Assembly: GCA_964057225.1 (NCBI GenBank)
Contig: OZ059895.1
Coordinates: forward strand, 10,974,001-11,038,000
Direction: 5' to 3'
DNA from: Auanema rhodensis
Taxonomy: Eukaryota > Animalia > Nematoda
DNA: 64,000 nt
Part shown: positions 12,762 to 26,697 of the stretch, one piece after another
How positions within the stretch are numbered: the stretch's first letter is position 1
How the letters are laid out: every line of letters starts with the position of its first letter
The notes under the pieces: generated by a model
The model's database searches: none
The model's input: the letters and a program-made list of their open reading frames with translations, nothing else
What the model was told of the DNA's origin: nothing
Position numbers and translations under genes: made by a program

Positions 12762-15700
12762 AAGATAATTTGCGCCCTCCGGTTGAGCTATCTAAGTAAA
12801 TCTACTTGAAAAGTGAAAAAATTTGTTACGGAAGAGATAAAATTGAAAATCAGCTGCATGACATACTTTCAACGTGGTATAGTTGAAAGCGAAAATATCT
12901 GATTTTCAATGATTTACATACTTATCCTCGTTATAGTTTTTTTCCAATTTCATGTCAGTTATGTAATTTTCCACGTTTCATCTGGTTCCCTCGATGATAT
13001 CAATTCTTATGTGCTCCAAATACAAGAAATTAAAAAAGGTTTCACAGTTGTATAGTGTTTAGACAATGTTTGTTTCGAAAGGAAAAAGATAGAAACAGTA
13101 AAGTTAAGATGAAGGTTCATTAACTACTGGTTTATAACTGTATTATAGCAATAAGTTTGGATATAATTTGCTGCTTTGGGTTGAGCTATCTAAGTGAAAC
13201 TACTTGAAAATTGAAAACATTTGTTACGGAAGAGATAAAATTGAAAATCAGCTGCATGGCGTACTTTCAACGTGGTATAGTTGTGAGCAAAAATATCTGA
13301 GATTCAATGATTTACATACTTATCCTCGTTATAGTTTTTTTCCAATTTCATGTTAGTTATGTAATTTTCCACGTTCCATCTGGTTCCCTTGATGATATCA
13401 AATCTTATGTGCTCCAAATACAATAAATTAAAAAAGGTTTCACAGTTGTATAGTGTTCAAACAATGTTTGTTTTGATAGGAAGTAGATAGAAACAGTGAA
13501 GTTAAAAAGAAGGTTCATTAACTACTGGTTTATAACTGTATTATAGCAATAAGATTGAATATAATTTGCTGCTTTGGGTTGAGCTATCTAAGTGAAACTA
13601 CTTGAAAAGTGAAAAAATTTGTTACGGAAGAGATAAAATTGAAAATCAGCTGCATGACATACTTTCAACGTGGTATAGTTGAAAGCGAAAATATCTGATT
13701 TTCAATGATTTACATACTTATCCTCGTTATAGTTTTTTTCCAATTTTATGTTAGTTATGTAACTTTCCACGTTCCATCTGGTTCCCTTGATGATATCAAA
13801 TCTTATGTGCTCCAAATACAAGAAATTAAAAAAGGTTTCACAGTTGTATAGTGTTTTAACAATGTTTGTTTCGATAGGAAATAGATAGAAACAATGAAAG
13901 TTGAGATGAAGGTTCATTAATTACTGGTTTATAACTGTAATGTAGAAATAAGATTGAAGATAATTTGCTGCCTCCGGTTGAGCTATTTAATGAAAACTAC
14001 TTGAAAATTGAAAACATTTGTTACGGAAGAGATAAAATTGAAAATCAGCTGCATGGCGTACTTTCAACGTGGTGTAGTTGAAAGCGAAAATATCTGATAT
14101 TCAATGATTTACATACTTATCCGCGTTATGGTATTTTTCCAATTTCATGTTAGTTATGTAACTTTCCACGTGTCATCTGGTTCCCTCGATGATATCAAAG
14201 CTTATGTGCTCCAAATACAATAAATCAAAAAAGGGTTTCACAGTAGTATAGTGTTTAAACAATGTTTGTTTCGATAGGAAGTAGATAGAAACAGTAAAGT
14301 TAAGATGAAGGTTTATTAACTACTGATTTATGACTGTAATATAGAAATAAGATTGAAGATAATTTGCTGCCTCCGGTTGAGCTATCTAAGTAAATCTACT
14401 TGAAAAGTGAAAAAATTTGTTACGGAAGAGATAAAATTGAAAATCAGCTGCATGTCGTACTTTCAACGTGGTATAGTTGAAAGCGAAAATATCTGATTCT
14501 CAATGATTTACATACTTATCCTCGTTATAGTTTTTTTCCAATTTCATGTTAGTTATGTAACTTTCCACGTTCCATCTGGTTCCCTCGATGATATCAAAGC
14601 TTATGTGCTCCAAATACAATAAATCAAAAAAGGGTTTCACAGTTGTATAGTGTTTAAACAATGTTTGTTTCGAGAGGAAATAGATAAAAACAGTAAAGTT
14701 AAGATGAAGGTTCATTAACTACTGGTTTATGACTGTAATATAGAAATAAGATTGAAGATACTTTGCTGCCTTGGGTTGAGCTATTTAATGAAAACTACTT
14801 GAAAATTGAAAACATTTGTTACGGAAGAGATAAAATTGAAAATCAGCTGCATGGCGTACTTTTAACGTGGTATAGTTGTAAGCGAAAATATCTGGTATTC
14901 AATGATTTACATACTTATCCTCGTTATAGTTTTTTTCCAATTTCATGTTAGTTATGTAATTTTCCACGTTCCATCTGGTTCCCTTGATGATATCAAATCT
15001 TATGTGCTCCAAATACAATAAATTAAAAAAGGTTTCACAGTTGTATAGTGTTTTAACAATGTTTGTTTTGATAGGAAATAGATAGAAACAGTAAAGTTGA
15101 GATGAAGGTTCATTAATTACTGGTTTATAACTGTAATGTAGAAATAAGATTGAAGATAATTTGCTGCCTCCGGTTGAGCTATCTAAGTAAACCTACTTGA
15201 AAAGTGAAAAAATTTGTTACGGAAGAGATAAAATTGAAAATCAGCTGCATGGCGTACTTTCAACGTGGTATAGTTGAAAGCGAAAATATCTGATATTCAA
15301 TGATTTACATACTTATCCTCGTTATAGTTTTTTTCCAATTTCATGTTAGTTATGTAACTTTCCACGTTCCATCTGGTTCCCTCGATGATAGCGATTCTTA
15401 TAAGCTCCAAATACAATAAATTAAAAAAGGTTTCACAGTTGTATAGTGTTTAAACAATGTTTGTTTCGATAGGGAATAGATACCAACAGTAAAGTTAAAA
15501 TGAAGGTTCATTAACTACTGGTTTATAACTGTAATATAGAAAGAAGATTGAAGATATTTTGCTGCCTCCGGTTGAGCTATCTAAGTAAATCTACTTGAAA
15601 AGTGAAAACATTTGTTACGGAAGAGATAAAATTGAAAATCAGCTGCATGGCGTACTTTCAACGTGGTATAGTTGAAAGCGAAAATATCTGATATTCAATG

Positions 15701-18345
15701 ATTTACATACTTATCCTCTTTATGGTATTTTTCCAATTTCATGTTAGTTATGTAACTTTCCACGTGCCATCTGGTTCCCTCGATGATATCAAAGCTTATG
15801 AGCTCCAAATACAATAAATCAAAAAAGGGTTTCACAGTAGTATAGTGTTTAAACAATGTTTGTTTCGATAGGAAATAGATAGAAACAGTAAAGTTAAGAT
15901 GAAGGTTCATTGACTACTGGTTTATAACTGTAATATAGAAAAAAGATTGAAGATAACTTGCTGCCTTGGTTTGAGCTATCTAAGTGAAACGACTTGAAAA
16001 GTGAAAACATTTGTTACGGAAGAGATAAAATTGAAAATCAGCTGCATGGCGTACTTTCAACGTGGTATAGTTGTGAGCAAAAATATCTGATATTCAATGA
16101 TTTACATACTTATCCTCGTTATAGTTTTTTTCCAATTTCATGTTAGTTATGTAATTTTCCACGTTCCATCTGGTTCCCTTGATGATATCAAATCTTATGT
16201 GCTCCAAATACAACAAATTAAAAAAGGTTTCACAGTTGTATAGTGTTAAAACAATGTTTGTTTCAATAGGAAATAGATAGAAACAGTGAAGTTAAAAAGA
16301 AGGTTCATTAACTACTGGTTTATAACTGTAATATAGAAATAAGATTGAAGATAATTTGCGCCCTCCGGTTGAGCTATCTAAGTAAATCTACTTGAAAAGT
16401 GAAAACATTTGTTACAGAAGAGATAAAATTGAAAATCAGCTGCATGGCGTACTTTCAACGTGGTATTGTTGTAAGCAAAAATATCTGATATTCAATGATT
16501 TACATACTTATCCTTCGTATAGTTTTTTTCCAATTTCATGTCAGTTATGTAATTTTCCACGTTTCATCTGGTTCCCTCGATGATATCAATTCTTATGTGC
16601 TCCAAATACAAGAAATTAAAAAAGGTTTCACAGTTGTATAGTGTTTAGACAATGTTTGTTTCGATAGGAAAAAGATAGAAACAGTAAAGTTAAGATGAAG
16701 GTTCATTAACTACTGGTTTATAACTGTAATATAGAAATAAGATTGAAGATAATTTGCGCCCTCCGGTTGAGCTATCTAAGTAAATCTACTTGAAAAGTGA
16801 AAACATTTGTTACAGAAGAGATAAAATTGAAAATCAGCTGCATGGCGTACTTTCAACGTGGTATAGTTGTAAGCAAAAATATCTGATATTCAATGATTTA
16901 CATACTTATCCTCGTTATAGTTTTTTTCCAATTTCATGTTAGTTATGTAATTTTCCAAATTCCATCTGGTTCCCTTGATGATATCAAATCTTATGTGCTC
17001 CAAATACAATAATTTAAACAAGGTTTCAAAGTTGTATAGTGTTTAAACAATGTTTGTTTCGATAGGAAAAAGATAGAAACAGTAAAGTTAAGATGAAGGT
17101 TCATTAACTACTGGTTTATAACTGTAATATAGAAAAAAGATTGAAGATAACTTGCTGCCTTGGTTTGAGCTATCTAAGTGAAACGACTTGAAAAGTGAAA
17201 ACATTTATTACGGAAGAGATAAAATTGAAAATCAGCTGCATGGCGTACTTTCAACGTGGTATAGTTGTAAGCAAAAATATCTGATATTCAATGATTTACA
17301 TACTTATCCTCGTTATAGTTTTTTTCCAATTTCATGTTAGTTATGTAATTTTCCACGTTCCATCTGGTTCCCTTGATGATATCAAATCTTATGTGCTCCA
17401 AATACAACAAATTAAAAAAGGTTTCACAGTTGTATAGTGTTAAAACAATGTTTGTTTCAATAGGAAATAGATAGAAACAGTGAAGTTAAAAAGAAGGTTC
17501 ATTAACTACTGGTTTATAACTGTATTATAGCAATAAGTTTGAATATAATTTGCTGCTTTGGGTTGAGCTATCTAAGTGAAACTACTTGAAAATTGAAAAC
17601 ATTTGTTACGGAAGAGATAAAATTGAAAATCAGCTGCATGACGTACTTTCAACGTGGTATTGTTGTAAGCAAAAATATCTGATATTCAATGATTTACATA
17701 CTTATCCTTCGTATAGTTTTTTTCCAATTTCATGTCAGTTATGTAATTTTCCACGTTTCATCTGGTTCCCTCGATGATATCAATTCTTATGTGCTCCAAA
17801 TACAAGAAATTAAAAAAGGTTTCACAGTTGTATAGTGTTTAGACAATGTTTGTTTCGAAAGGAAAAAGATAGAAACAGTAAAGTTAAGATGAAGGTTCAT
17901 TAACTACTGGTTTATAACTGTATTATAGCAATAAGTTTGGATATAATTTGCTGCTTTGGGTTGAGCTATCTAAGTGAAACTACTTGAAAATTGAAAACAT
18001 TTGTTACGGAAGAGATAAAATTGAAAATCAGCTGCATGGCGTACTTTCAACGTGGTATAGTTGTGAGCAAAAATATCTGAGATTCAATGATTTACATACT
18101 TATCCTCGTTATAGTTTTTTTCCAATTTCATGTTAGTTATGTAACTTTCCACGTTCCATCTGGTTCCCTCGATGATATCAAAGCTTATGTGCTCCAAATA
18201 CAATAAATCAAAAAAGGGTTTCACAGTTGTATAGTGTTTAAACAATGTTTGTTTCGATAGGAAAAAGATAAAAACAGTAAAGTTAAGATGAAGGTTCATT
18301 AACTACTGGTTTATGACTGTAATATAGAAATAAGATTGAAGATAC
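10760..18345. repeat. Block duplication with 15-monomer offset (5975 bp): ~10760-12368 matches ~16735-18343
   Basis: ORF pairs 11611/17586 and 12109/18084 share offset 5975. The gcgccctcc allele lies at 10781 and 16756. Confidence 0.88.
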
Positions 18346-21300
18346 TTTGCTGCCTTGGGTTGAGCTATTTAAGGAAAACTACTTGAAAATTGAAAACATT
18401 TGTTACGGAAGAGATAAAATTGAAAATCAGCTGCATGGCGTACTTTTAACGTGGTATAGTTGTAAGCGAAAATATCTGGTATTCAATGATTTACATACTT
18501 ATCCTCGTTATAGTTTTTTTCCAATTTCATGTTAGTTATGTAATTTTCCACGTTCCATCTGGTTCCCTTGATGATATCAAATCTTATGTGCTCCAAATAC
18601 AATAAATTAAAAAAGGTTTCACAGTTGTATAGTGTTTTAACAATGTTTGTTTTGATAGGAAATAGATAGAAACAGTAAAGTTGAGATGAAGGTTCATTAA
18701 TTACTGGTTTATAACTGTAATGTAGAAATAAGATTGAAGATAATTTGCTGCCTCCGGTTGAGCTATCTAAGTAAACCTACTTGAAAAGTGAAAAAAGTTG
18801 TTACGGAAGAGATAAAATTGAAAATCAGCTGCATGTCGTACTTTCAACGTGGTATAGTTGAAAGCGAAAATATCTGATTTTCAATGATTTACATACTTAT
18901 CCTCGTTATAGTTTTTTTCCAATTTCATGTTAGTTATGTAACTTTCCACGTTCCATCTGGTTCCCTCGATGATAGCGATTCTTATAAGCTCCAAATACAA
19001 TAAATTAAAAAAGGTTTCACAGTTGTATAGTGTTTAAACAATGTTTGTTTCGATAGGGAATAGATACCAACAGTAAAGTTAAAATGAAGGTTCATTAACT
19101 ACTGGTTTATAACTGTCATATAGGAATAAGATTGAAGATAATTTGCTGCCTCCGGTTGAGCTATCTAAGTAAATCTACTTGAAAAGTGAAAACATTTGTT
19201 ACGGAAGAGATAAAATTGAAAATCAGCTGCATGGCGTACTTTCAACGTGGTATAGTTGAAAGCGAAAATATCTGATATTCAATGATTTACATACTTATCC
19301 TCTTTATGGTATTTTTCCAATTTCATGTTAGTTATGTAACTTTCCACGTGCCATCTGGTTCCCTCGATGATATCAAAGCTTATGTGCTCCAAATACAATA
19401 AATCAAAAAAGGGTTTCACAGTAGTATAGTGTTTAAACAATGTTTGTTTCGATAGGAAATAGATAGAAACAGTAAAGTTAAGATGAAGGTTCATTGACTA
19501 CTGGTTTATAACTGTAATATAGAAAAAAGATTGAAGATAACTTGCTGCCTTGGTTTGAGCTATCTAAGTGAAACGACTTGAAAAGTGAAAACATTTGTTA
19601 CGGAAGAGATAAAATTGAAAATCAGCTGCATGGCGTACTTTCAACGTGGTATAGTTGTGAGCAAAAATATCTGATATTCAATGATTTACATACTTATCCT
19701 CGTTATAGTTTTTTTCCAATTTCATGTTAGTTATGTAATTTTCTACGTTCCATCTGGTTCCCTTGATGATATCAAATCTTATGTGCTCCAAATACAACAA
19801 ATTAAAAAAGGTTTCACAGTTGTATAGTGTTAAAACAATGTTTGTTTCAATAGGAAATAGATAGAAACAGTGAAGTTAAAAAGAAGGTTCATTAACTACT
19901 GGTTTATAACTGTATTAGAGCAATAAGTTTGAATATAATTTGCTGCTTTGGGTTGAGCTATCTAAGTGAAACTACTTGAAAATTGAAAACATTTGTTACG
20001 GAAGAGATAAAATTGAAAATCAGCTGCATGACGTACTTTCAACGTGGTATTGTTGTAAGCAAAAATATCTGATATTCAATGATTTACATACTTATCCTCG
20101 TTATAGTTTTTTTCCAATTTCATGTTAGTTATGTAATTTTCCACGTTCCATCTGGTTCCCTTGATGATATCAAATCTTATGTGCTCCAAATACAACAAAT
20201 TAAAAAAGGTTTCACAGTTGTATAGTGTTAAAACAATGTTTGTTTCAATAGGAAATAGATAGAAACAGTGAAGTTAAAAAGAAGGTTCATTAACTACTGG
20301 TTTATAACTGTCATATAGGAATAAGATTGAAGATAATTTGCTGCCTCCGGTTGAGCTATCTAAGTAAATCTACTTGAAAAGTGAAAACATTTGTTACGGA
20401 AGAGATAAAATTGAAAATCAGCTGCATGGCGTACTTTCAACGTGGTATAGTTGTGAGCAAAAATATCTGAGATTCAATGATTTACATACTTATCCTCGTT
20501 ATAGTTTTTTTCCAATTTCATGTTAGTTATGTAACTTTCCACGTTCCATCTGGTTCCCTCGATGATATCAAAGCTTATGTGCTCCAAATACAATAAATCA
20601 AAAAAGGGTTTCACAGTTGTATAGTGTTTAAACAATGTTTGTTTCGATAGGAAAAAGATAAAAACAGTAAAGTTAAGATGAAGGTTCATTAACTACTGGT
20701 TTATGACTGTAATATAGAAATAAGATTGAAGATACTTTGCTGCCTTGGGTTGAGCTATTTAAGGAAAACTACTTGAAAATTGAAAACATTTGTTACGGAA
20801 GAGATAAAATTGAAAATCAGCTGCATGGCGTACTTTTAACGTGGTATAGTTGTAAGCGAAAATATCTGGTATTCAATGATTTACATACTTATCCTCGTTA
20901 TAGTTTTTTTCCAATTTCATGTTAGTTATGTAATTTTCCACGTTCCATCTGGTTCCCTTGATGATATCAAATCTTATGTGCTCCAAATACAATAAATTAA
21001 AAAAGGTTTCACAGTTGTATAGTGTTTTAACAATGTTTGTTTTGATAGGAAATAGATAGAAACAGTAAAGTTGAGATGAAGGTTCATTAATTACTGGTTT
21101 ATAACTGTAATGTAGAAATAAGATTGAAGATAATTTGCTGCCTCCGGTTGAGCTATCTAAGTAAACCTACTTGAAAAGTGAAAAAATTTGTTACGGAAGA
21201 GATAAAATTGAAAATCAGCTGCATGTCGTACTTTCAACGTGGTATAGTTGAAAGCGAAAATATCTGATTTTCAATGATTTACATACTTATCCTCGTTATA

Positions 21301-24300
21301 GTTTTTTTCCAATTTCATGTTAGTTATGTAACTTTCCACGTTCCATCTGGTTCCCTCGATGATAGAGATTCTTATAAGCTCCAAATACAATAAATTAAAA
21401 AAGGTTTCACAGTTGTATAGTGTTTAAACAATGTTTGTTTCGATAGGGAATAGATACCAACAGTAAAGTTAAAATGAAGGTTCATTAACTACTGGTTTAT
21501 AACTGTCATATAGGAATAAGATTGAAGATAATTTGCTGCCTCCGGTTGAGCTATCTAAGTAAATCTACTTGAAAAGTGAAAACATTTGTTACGGAAGAGA
21601 TAAAATTGAAAATCAGCTGCATGGCGTACTTTCAACGTGGTATAGTTGAAAGCGAAAATATCTGATATTCAATGATTTACATACTTATCCTCTTTATGGT
21701 ATTTTTCCAATTTCATGTTAGTTATGTAACTTTCCACGTGCCATCTGGTTCCCTCGATGATATCAAAGCTTATGTGCTCCAAATACAATAAATCAAAAAA
21801 GGGTTTCACAGTTGTATAGTGTTTAAACAATGTTTGTTTCGATAGGAAATAGATAGAAACAGTAAAGTTAAGATGAAGGTTCATTGACTACTGGTTTATA
21901 ACTGTAATATAGAAAAAAGATTGAAGATAACTTGCTGCCTTGGTTTGAGCTATCTAAGTGAAACGACTTGAAAAGTGAAAACATTTGTTACGGAAGAGAT
22001 AAAATTGAAAATCAGCTGCATGGCGTACTTTCAACGTGGTATAGTTGTGAGCAAAAATATCTGATATTCAATGATTTACATACTTATCCTCGTTATAGTT
22101 TTTTTCCAATTTCATGTTAGTTATGTAATTTTCTACGTTCCATCTGGTTCCCTTGATGATATCAAATCTTATGTGCTCCAAATACAACAAATTAAAAAAG
22201 GTTTCACAGTTGTATAGTGTTAAAACAATGTTTGTTTCAATAGGAAATAGATAGAAACAGTGAAGTTAAAAAGAAGGTTCATTAACTACTGGTTTATAAC
22301 TGTCATATAGGAATAAGATTGAAGATAATTTGCTGCCTCCGGTTGAGCTATCTAAGTAAATCTACTTGAAAAGTGAAAACATTTGTTACGGAAGAGATAA
22401 AATTGAAAATCAGCTGCATGGCGTACTTTCAACGTGGTATAGTTGTGAGCAAAAATATCTGATATTCAATGATTTACATACTTATCCTCGTTATAGTTTT
22501 TTTCCAATTTCATGTTAGTTATGTAATTTTCTACGTTCCATCTGGTTCCCTTGATGATATCAAATCTTATGTGCTCCAAATACAACAAATTAAAAAAGGT
22601 TTCACAGTTGTATAGTGTTAAAACAATGTTTGTTTCAATAGGAAATAGATAGAAACAGTGAAGTTAAAAAGAAGGTTCATTAACTACTGGTTTATAACTG
22701 TATTAGAGCAATAAGTTTGAATATAATTTGCTGCTTTGGGTTGAGCTATCTAAGTGAAACTACTTGAAAATTGAAAACATTTGTTACGGAAGAGATAAAA
22801 TTGAAAATCAGCTGCATGACGTACTTTCAACGTGGTATTGTTGTAAGCAAAAATATCTGATATTCAATGATTTACATACTTATCCTCGTTATAGTTTTTT
22901 TCCAATTTCATGTTAGTTATGTAATTTTCCACGTTCCATCTGGTTCCCTTGATGATATCAAATCTTATGTGCTCCAAATACAACAAATTAAAAAAGGTTT
23001 CACAGTTGTATAGTGTTAAAACAATGTTTGTTTCAATAGGAAATAGATAGAAACAGTGAAGTTAAAAAGAAGGTTCATTAACTACTGGTTTATAACTGTC
23101 ATATAGGAATAAGATTGAAGATAATTTGCTGCCTCCGGTTGAGCTATCTAAGTAAATCTACTTGAAAAGTGAAAACATTTGTTACGGAAGAGATAAAATT
23201 GAAAATCAGCTGCATGGCGTACTTTCAACGTGGTATAGTTGAAAGCGAAAATATCTGATATTCAATGATTTACATACTTATCCTCTTTATGGTATTTTTC
23301 CAATTTCATGTTAGTTATGTAACTTTCCACGTGCCATCTGGTTCCCTCGATGATATCAAAGCTTATGTGCTCCAAATACAATAAATCAAAAAAGGGTTTC
23401 ACAGTAGTATAGTGTTTAAACAATGTTTGTTTCGATAGGAAATAGATAGAAACAGTAAAGTTAAGATGAAGGTTCATTGACTACTGGTTTATAACTGTAA
23501 TATAGAAAAAAGATTGAAGATAACTTGCTGCCTTGGTTTGAGCTATCTAAGTGAAACGACTTGAAAAGTGAAAACATTTGTTACGGAAGAGATAAAATTG
23601 AAAATCAGCTGCATGGCGTACTTTCAACGTGGTATAGTTGTGAGCAAAAATATCTGATATTCAATGATTTACATACTTATCCTCGTTATAGTTTTTTTCC
23701 AATTTCATGTTAGTTATGTAATTTTCTACGTTCCATCTGGTTCCCTTGATGATATCAAATCTTATGTGCTCCAAATACAACAAATTAAAAAAGGTTTCAC
23801 AGTTGTATAGTGTTAAAACAATGTTTGTTTCAATAGGAAATAGATAGAAACAGTGAAGTTAAAAAGAAGGTTCATTAACTACTGGTTTATAACTGTATTA
23901 GAGCAATAAGTTTGAATATAATTTGCTGCTTTGGGTTGAGCTATCTAAGTGAAACTACTTGAAAATTGAAAACATTTGTTACGGAAGAGATAAAATTGAA
24001 AATCAGCTGCATGACGTACTTTCAACGTGGTATTGTTGTAAGCAAAAATATCTGATATTCAATGATTTACATACTTATCCTCGTTATAGTTTTTTTCCAA
24101 TTTCATGTTAGTTATGTAATTTTCCACGTTCCATCTGGTTCCCTTGATGATATCAAATCTTATGTGCTCCAAATACAACAAATTAAAAAAGGTTTCACAG
24201 TTGTATAGTGTTAAAACAATGTTTGTTTCAATAGGAAATAGATAGAAACAGTGAAGTTAAAAAGAAGGTTCATTAACTACTGGTTTATAACTGTCATATA

Positions 24301-26697
24301 GGAATAAGATTGAAGATAATTTGCTGCCTCCGGTTGAGCTATCTAAGTAAATCTACTTGAAAAGTGAAAACATTTGTTACGGAAGAGATAAAATTGAAAA
24401 TCAGCTGCATGGCGTACTTTCAACGTGGTATAGTTGTGAGCAAAAATATCTGAGATTCAATGATTTACATACTTATCCTCGTTATAGTTTTTTTCCAATT
24501 TCATGTTAGTTATGTAACTTTCCACGTTCCATCTGGTTCCCTCGATGATATCAAAGCTTATGTGCTCCAAATACAATAAATCAAAAAAGGGTTTCACAGT
24601 TGTATAGTGTTTAAACAATGTTTGTTTCGATAGGAAAAAGATAAAAACAGTAAAGTTAAGATGAAGGTTCATTAACTACTGGTTTATGACTGTAATATAG
24701 AAATAAGATTGAAGATACTTTGCTGCCTTGGGTTGAGCTATTTAAGGAAAACTACTTGAAAATTGAAAACATTTGTTACGGAAGAGATAAAATTGAAAAT
24801 CAGCTGCATGGCGTACTTTTAACGTGGTATAGTTGTAAGCGAAAATATCTGGTATTCAATGATTTACATACTTATCCTCGTTATAGTTTTTTTCCAATTT
24901 CATGTTAGTTATGTAATTTTCCACGTTCCATCTGGTTCCCTTGATGATATCAAATCTTATGTGCTCCAAATACAATAAATTAAAAAAGGTTTCACAGTTG
25001 TATAGTGTTTTAACAATGTTTGTTTTGATAGGAAATAGATAGAAACAGTAAAGTTGAGATGAAGGTTCATTAATTACTGGTTTATAACTGTAATGTAGAA
25101 ATAAGATTGAAGATAATTTGCTGCCTCCGGTTGAGCTATCTAAGTAAACCTACTTGAAAAGTGAAAAAATTTGTTACGGAAGAGATAAAATTGAAAATCA
25201 GCTGCATGTCGTACTTTCAACGTGGTATAGTTGAAAGCGAAAATATCTGATTTTCAATGATTTACATACTTATCCTCGTTATAGTTTTTTTCCAATTTCA
25301 TGTTAGTTATGTAACTTTCCACGTTCCATCTGGTTCCCTCGATGATAGCGATTCTTATAAGCTCCAAATACAATAAATTAAAAAAGGTTTCACAGTTGTA
25401 TAGTGTTTAAACAATGTTTGTTTCGATAGGGAATAGATACCAACAGTAAAGTTAAAATGAAGGTTCATTAACTACTGGTTTATAACTGTCATATAGGAAT
25501 AAGATTGAAGATAATTTGCTGCCTCCGGTTGAGCTATCTAAGTAAATCTACTTGAAAAGTGAAAACATTTGTTACGGAAGAGATAAAATTGAAAATCAGC
25601 TGCATGGCGTACTTTCAACGTGGTATAGTTGAAAGCGAAAATATCTGATATTCAATGATTTACATACTTATCCTCTTTATGGTATTTTTCCAATTTCATG
25701 TTAGTTATGTAACTTTCCACGTGCCATCTGGTTCCCTCGATGATATCAAAGCTTATGTGCTCCAAATACAATAAATCAAAAAAGGGTTTCACAGTTGTAT
25801 AGTGTTTAAACAATGTTTGTTTCGATAGGAAATAGATAGAAACAGTAAAGTTAAGATGAAGGTTCATTGACTACTGGTTTATAACTGTAATATAGAAAAA
25901 AGATTGAAGATAACTTGCTGCCTTGGTTTGAGCTATCTAAGTGAAACGACTTGAAAAGTGAAAACATTTGTTACGGAAGAGATAAAATTGAAAATCAGCT
26001 GCATGGCGTACTTTCAACGTGGTATAGTTGTGAGCAAAAATATCTGATATTCAATGATTTACATACTTATCCTCGTTATAGTTTTTTTCCAATTTCATGT
26101 TAGTTATGTAATTTTCTACGTTCCATCTGGTTCCCTTGATGATATCAAATCTTATGTGCTCCAAATACAACAAATTAAAAAAGGTTTCACAGTTGTATAG
26201 TGTTAAAACAATGTTTGTTTCAATAGGAAATAGATAGAAACAGTGAAGTTAAAAAGAAGGTTCATTAACTACTGGTTTATAACTGTATTAGAGCAATAAG
26301 TTTGAATATAATTTGCTGCTTTGGGTTGAGCTATCTAAGTGAAACTACTTGAAAATTGAAAACATTTGTTACGGAAGAGATAAAATTGAAAATCAGCTGC
26401 ATGACGTACTTTCAACGTGGTATTGTTGTAAGCAAAAATATCTGATATTCAATGATTTACATACTTATCCTCGTTATAGTTTTTTTCCAATTTCATGTTA
26501 GTTATGTAATTTTCCACGTTCCATCTGGTTCCCTTGATGATATCAAATCTTATGTGCTCCAAATACAACAAATTAAAAAAGGTTTCACAGTTGTATAGTG
26601 TTAAAACAATGTTTGTTTCAATAGGAAATAGATAGAAACAGTGAAGTTAAAAAGAAGGTTCATTAACTACTGGTTTAAAACTGTAATATAGAAAAAA
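17935..26697. repeat. 6-monomer higher-order repeat (2390 bp) with structural variants: ABCDEF ABCDE e F DEF ABCDEF
   Basis: ORF offsets are 2390 (18084/20474, 18347/20737, 19279/21669), 1593 (21669/23262) and 3983 (20474/24457, 21669/25652). Diagnostic alleles: A gagattc+HindIII, B gatactttg/tttaaggaa, C aaccta/gggaatagatacc, D tctttatggta, E gaaacgact/ttctacg, F gctttggg/tattgttg. Confidence 0.9.
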
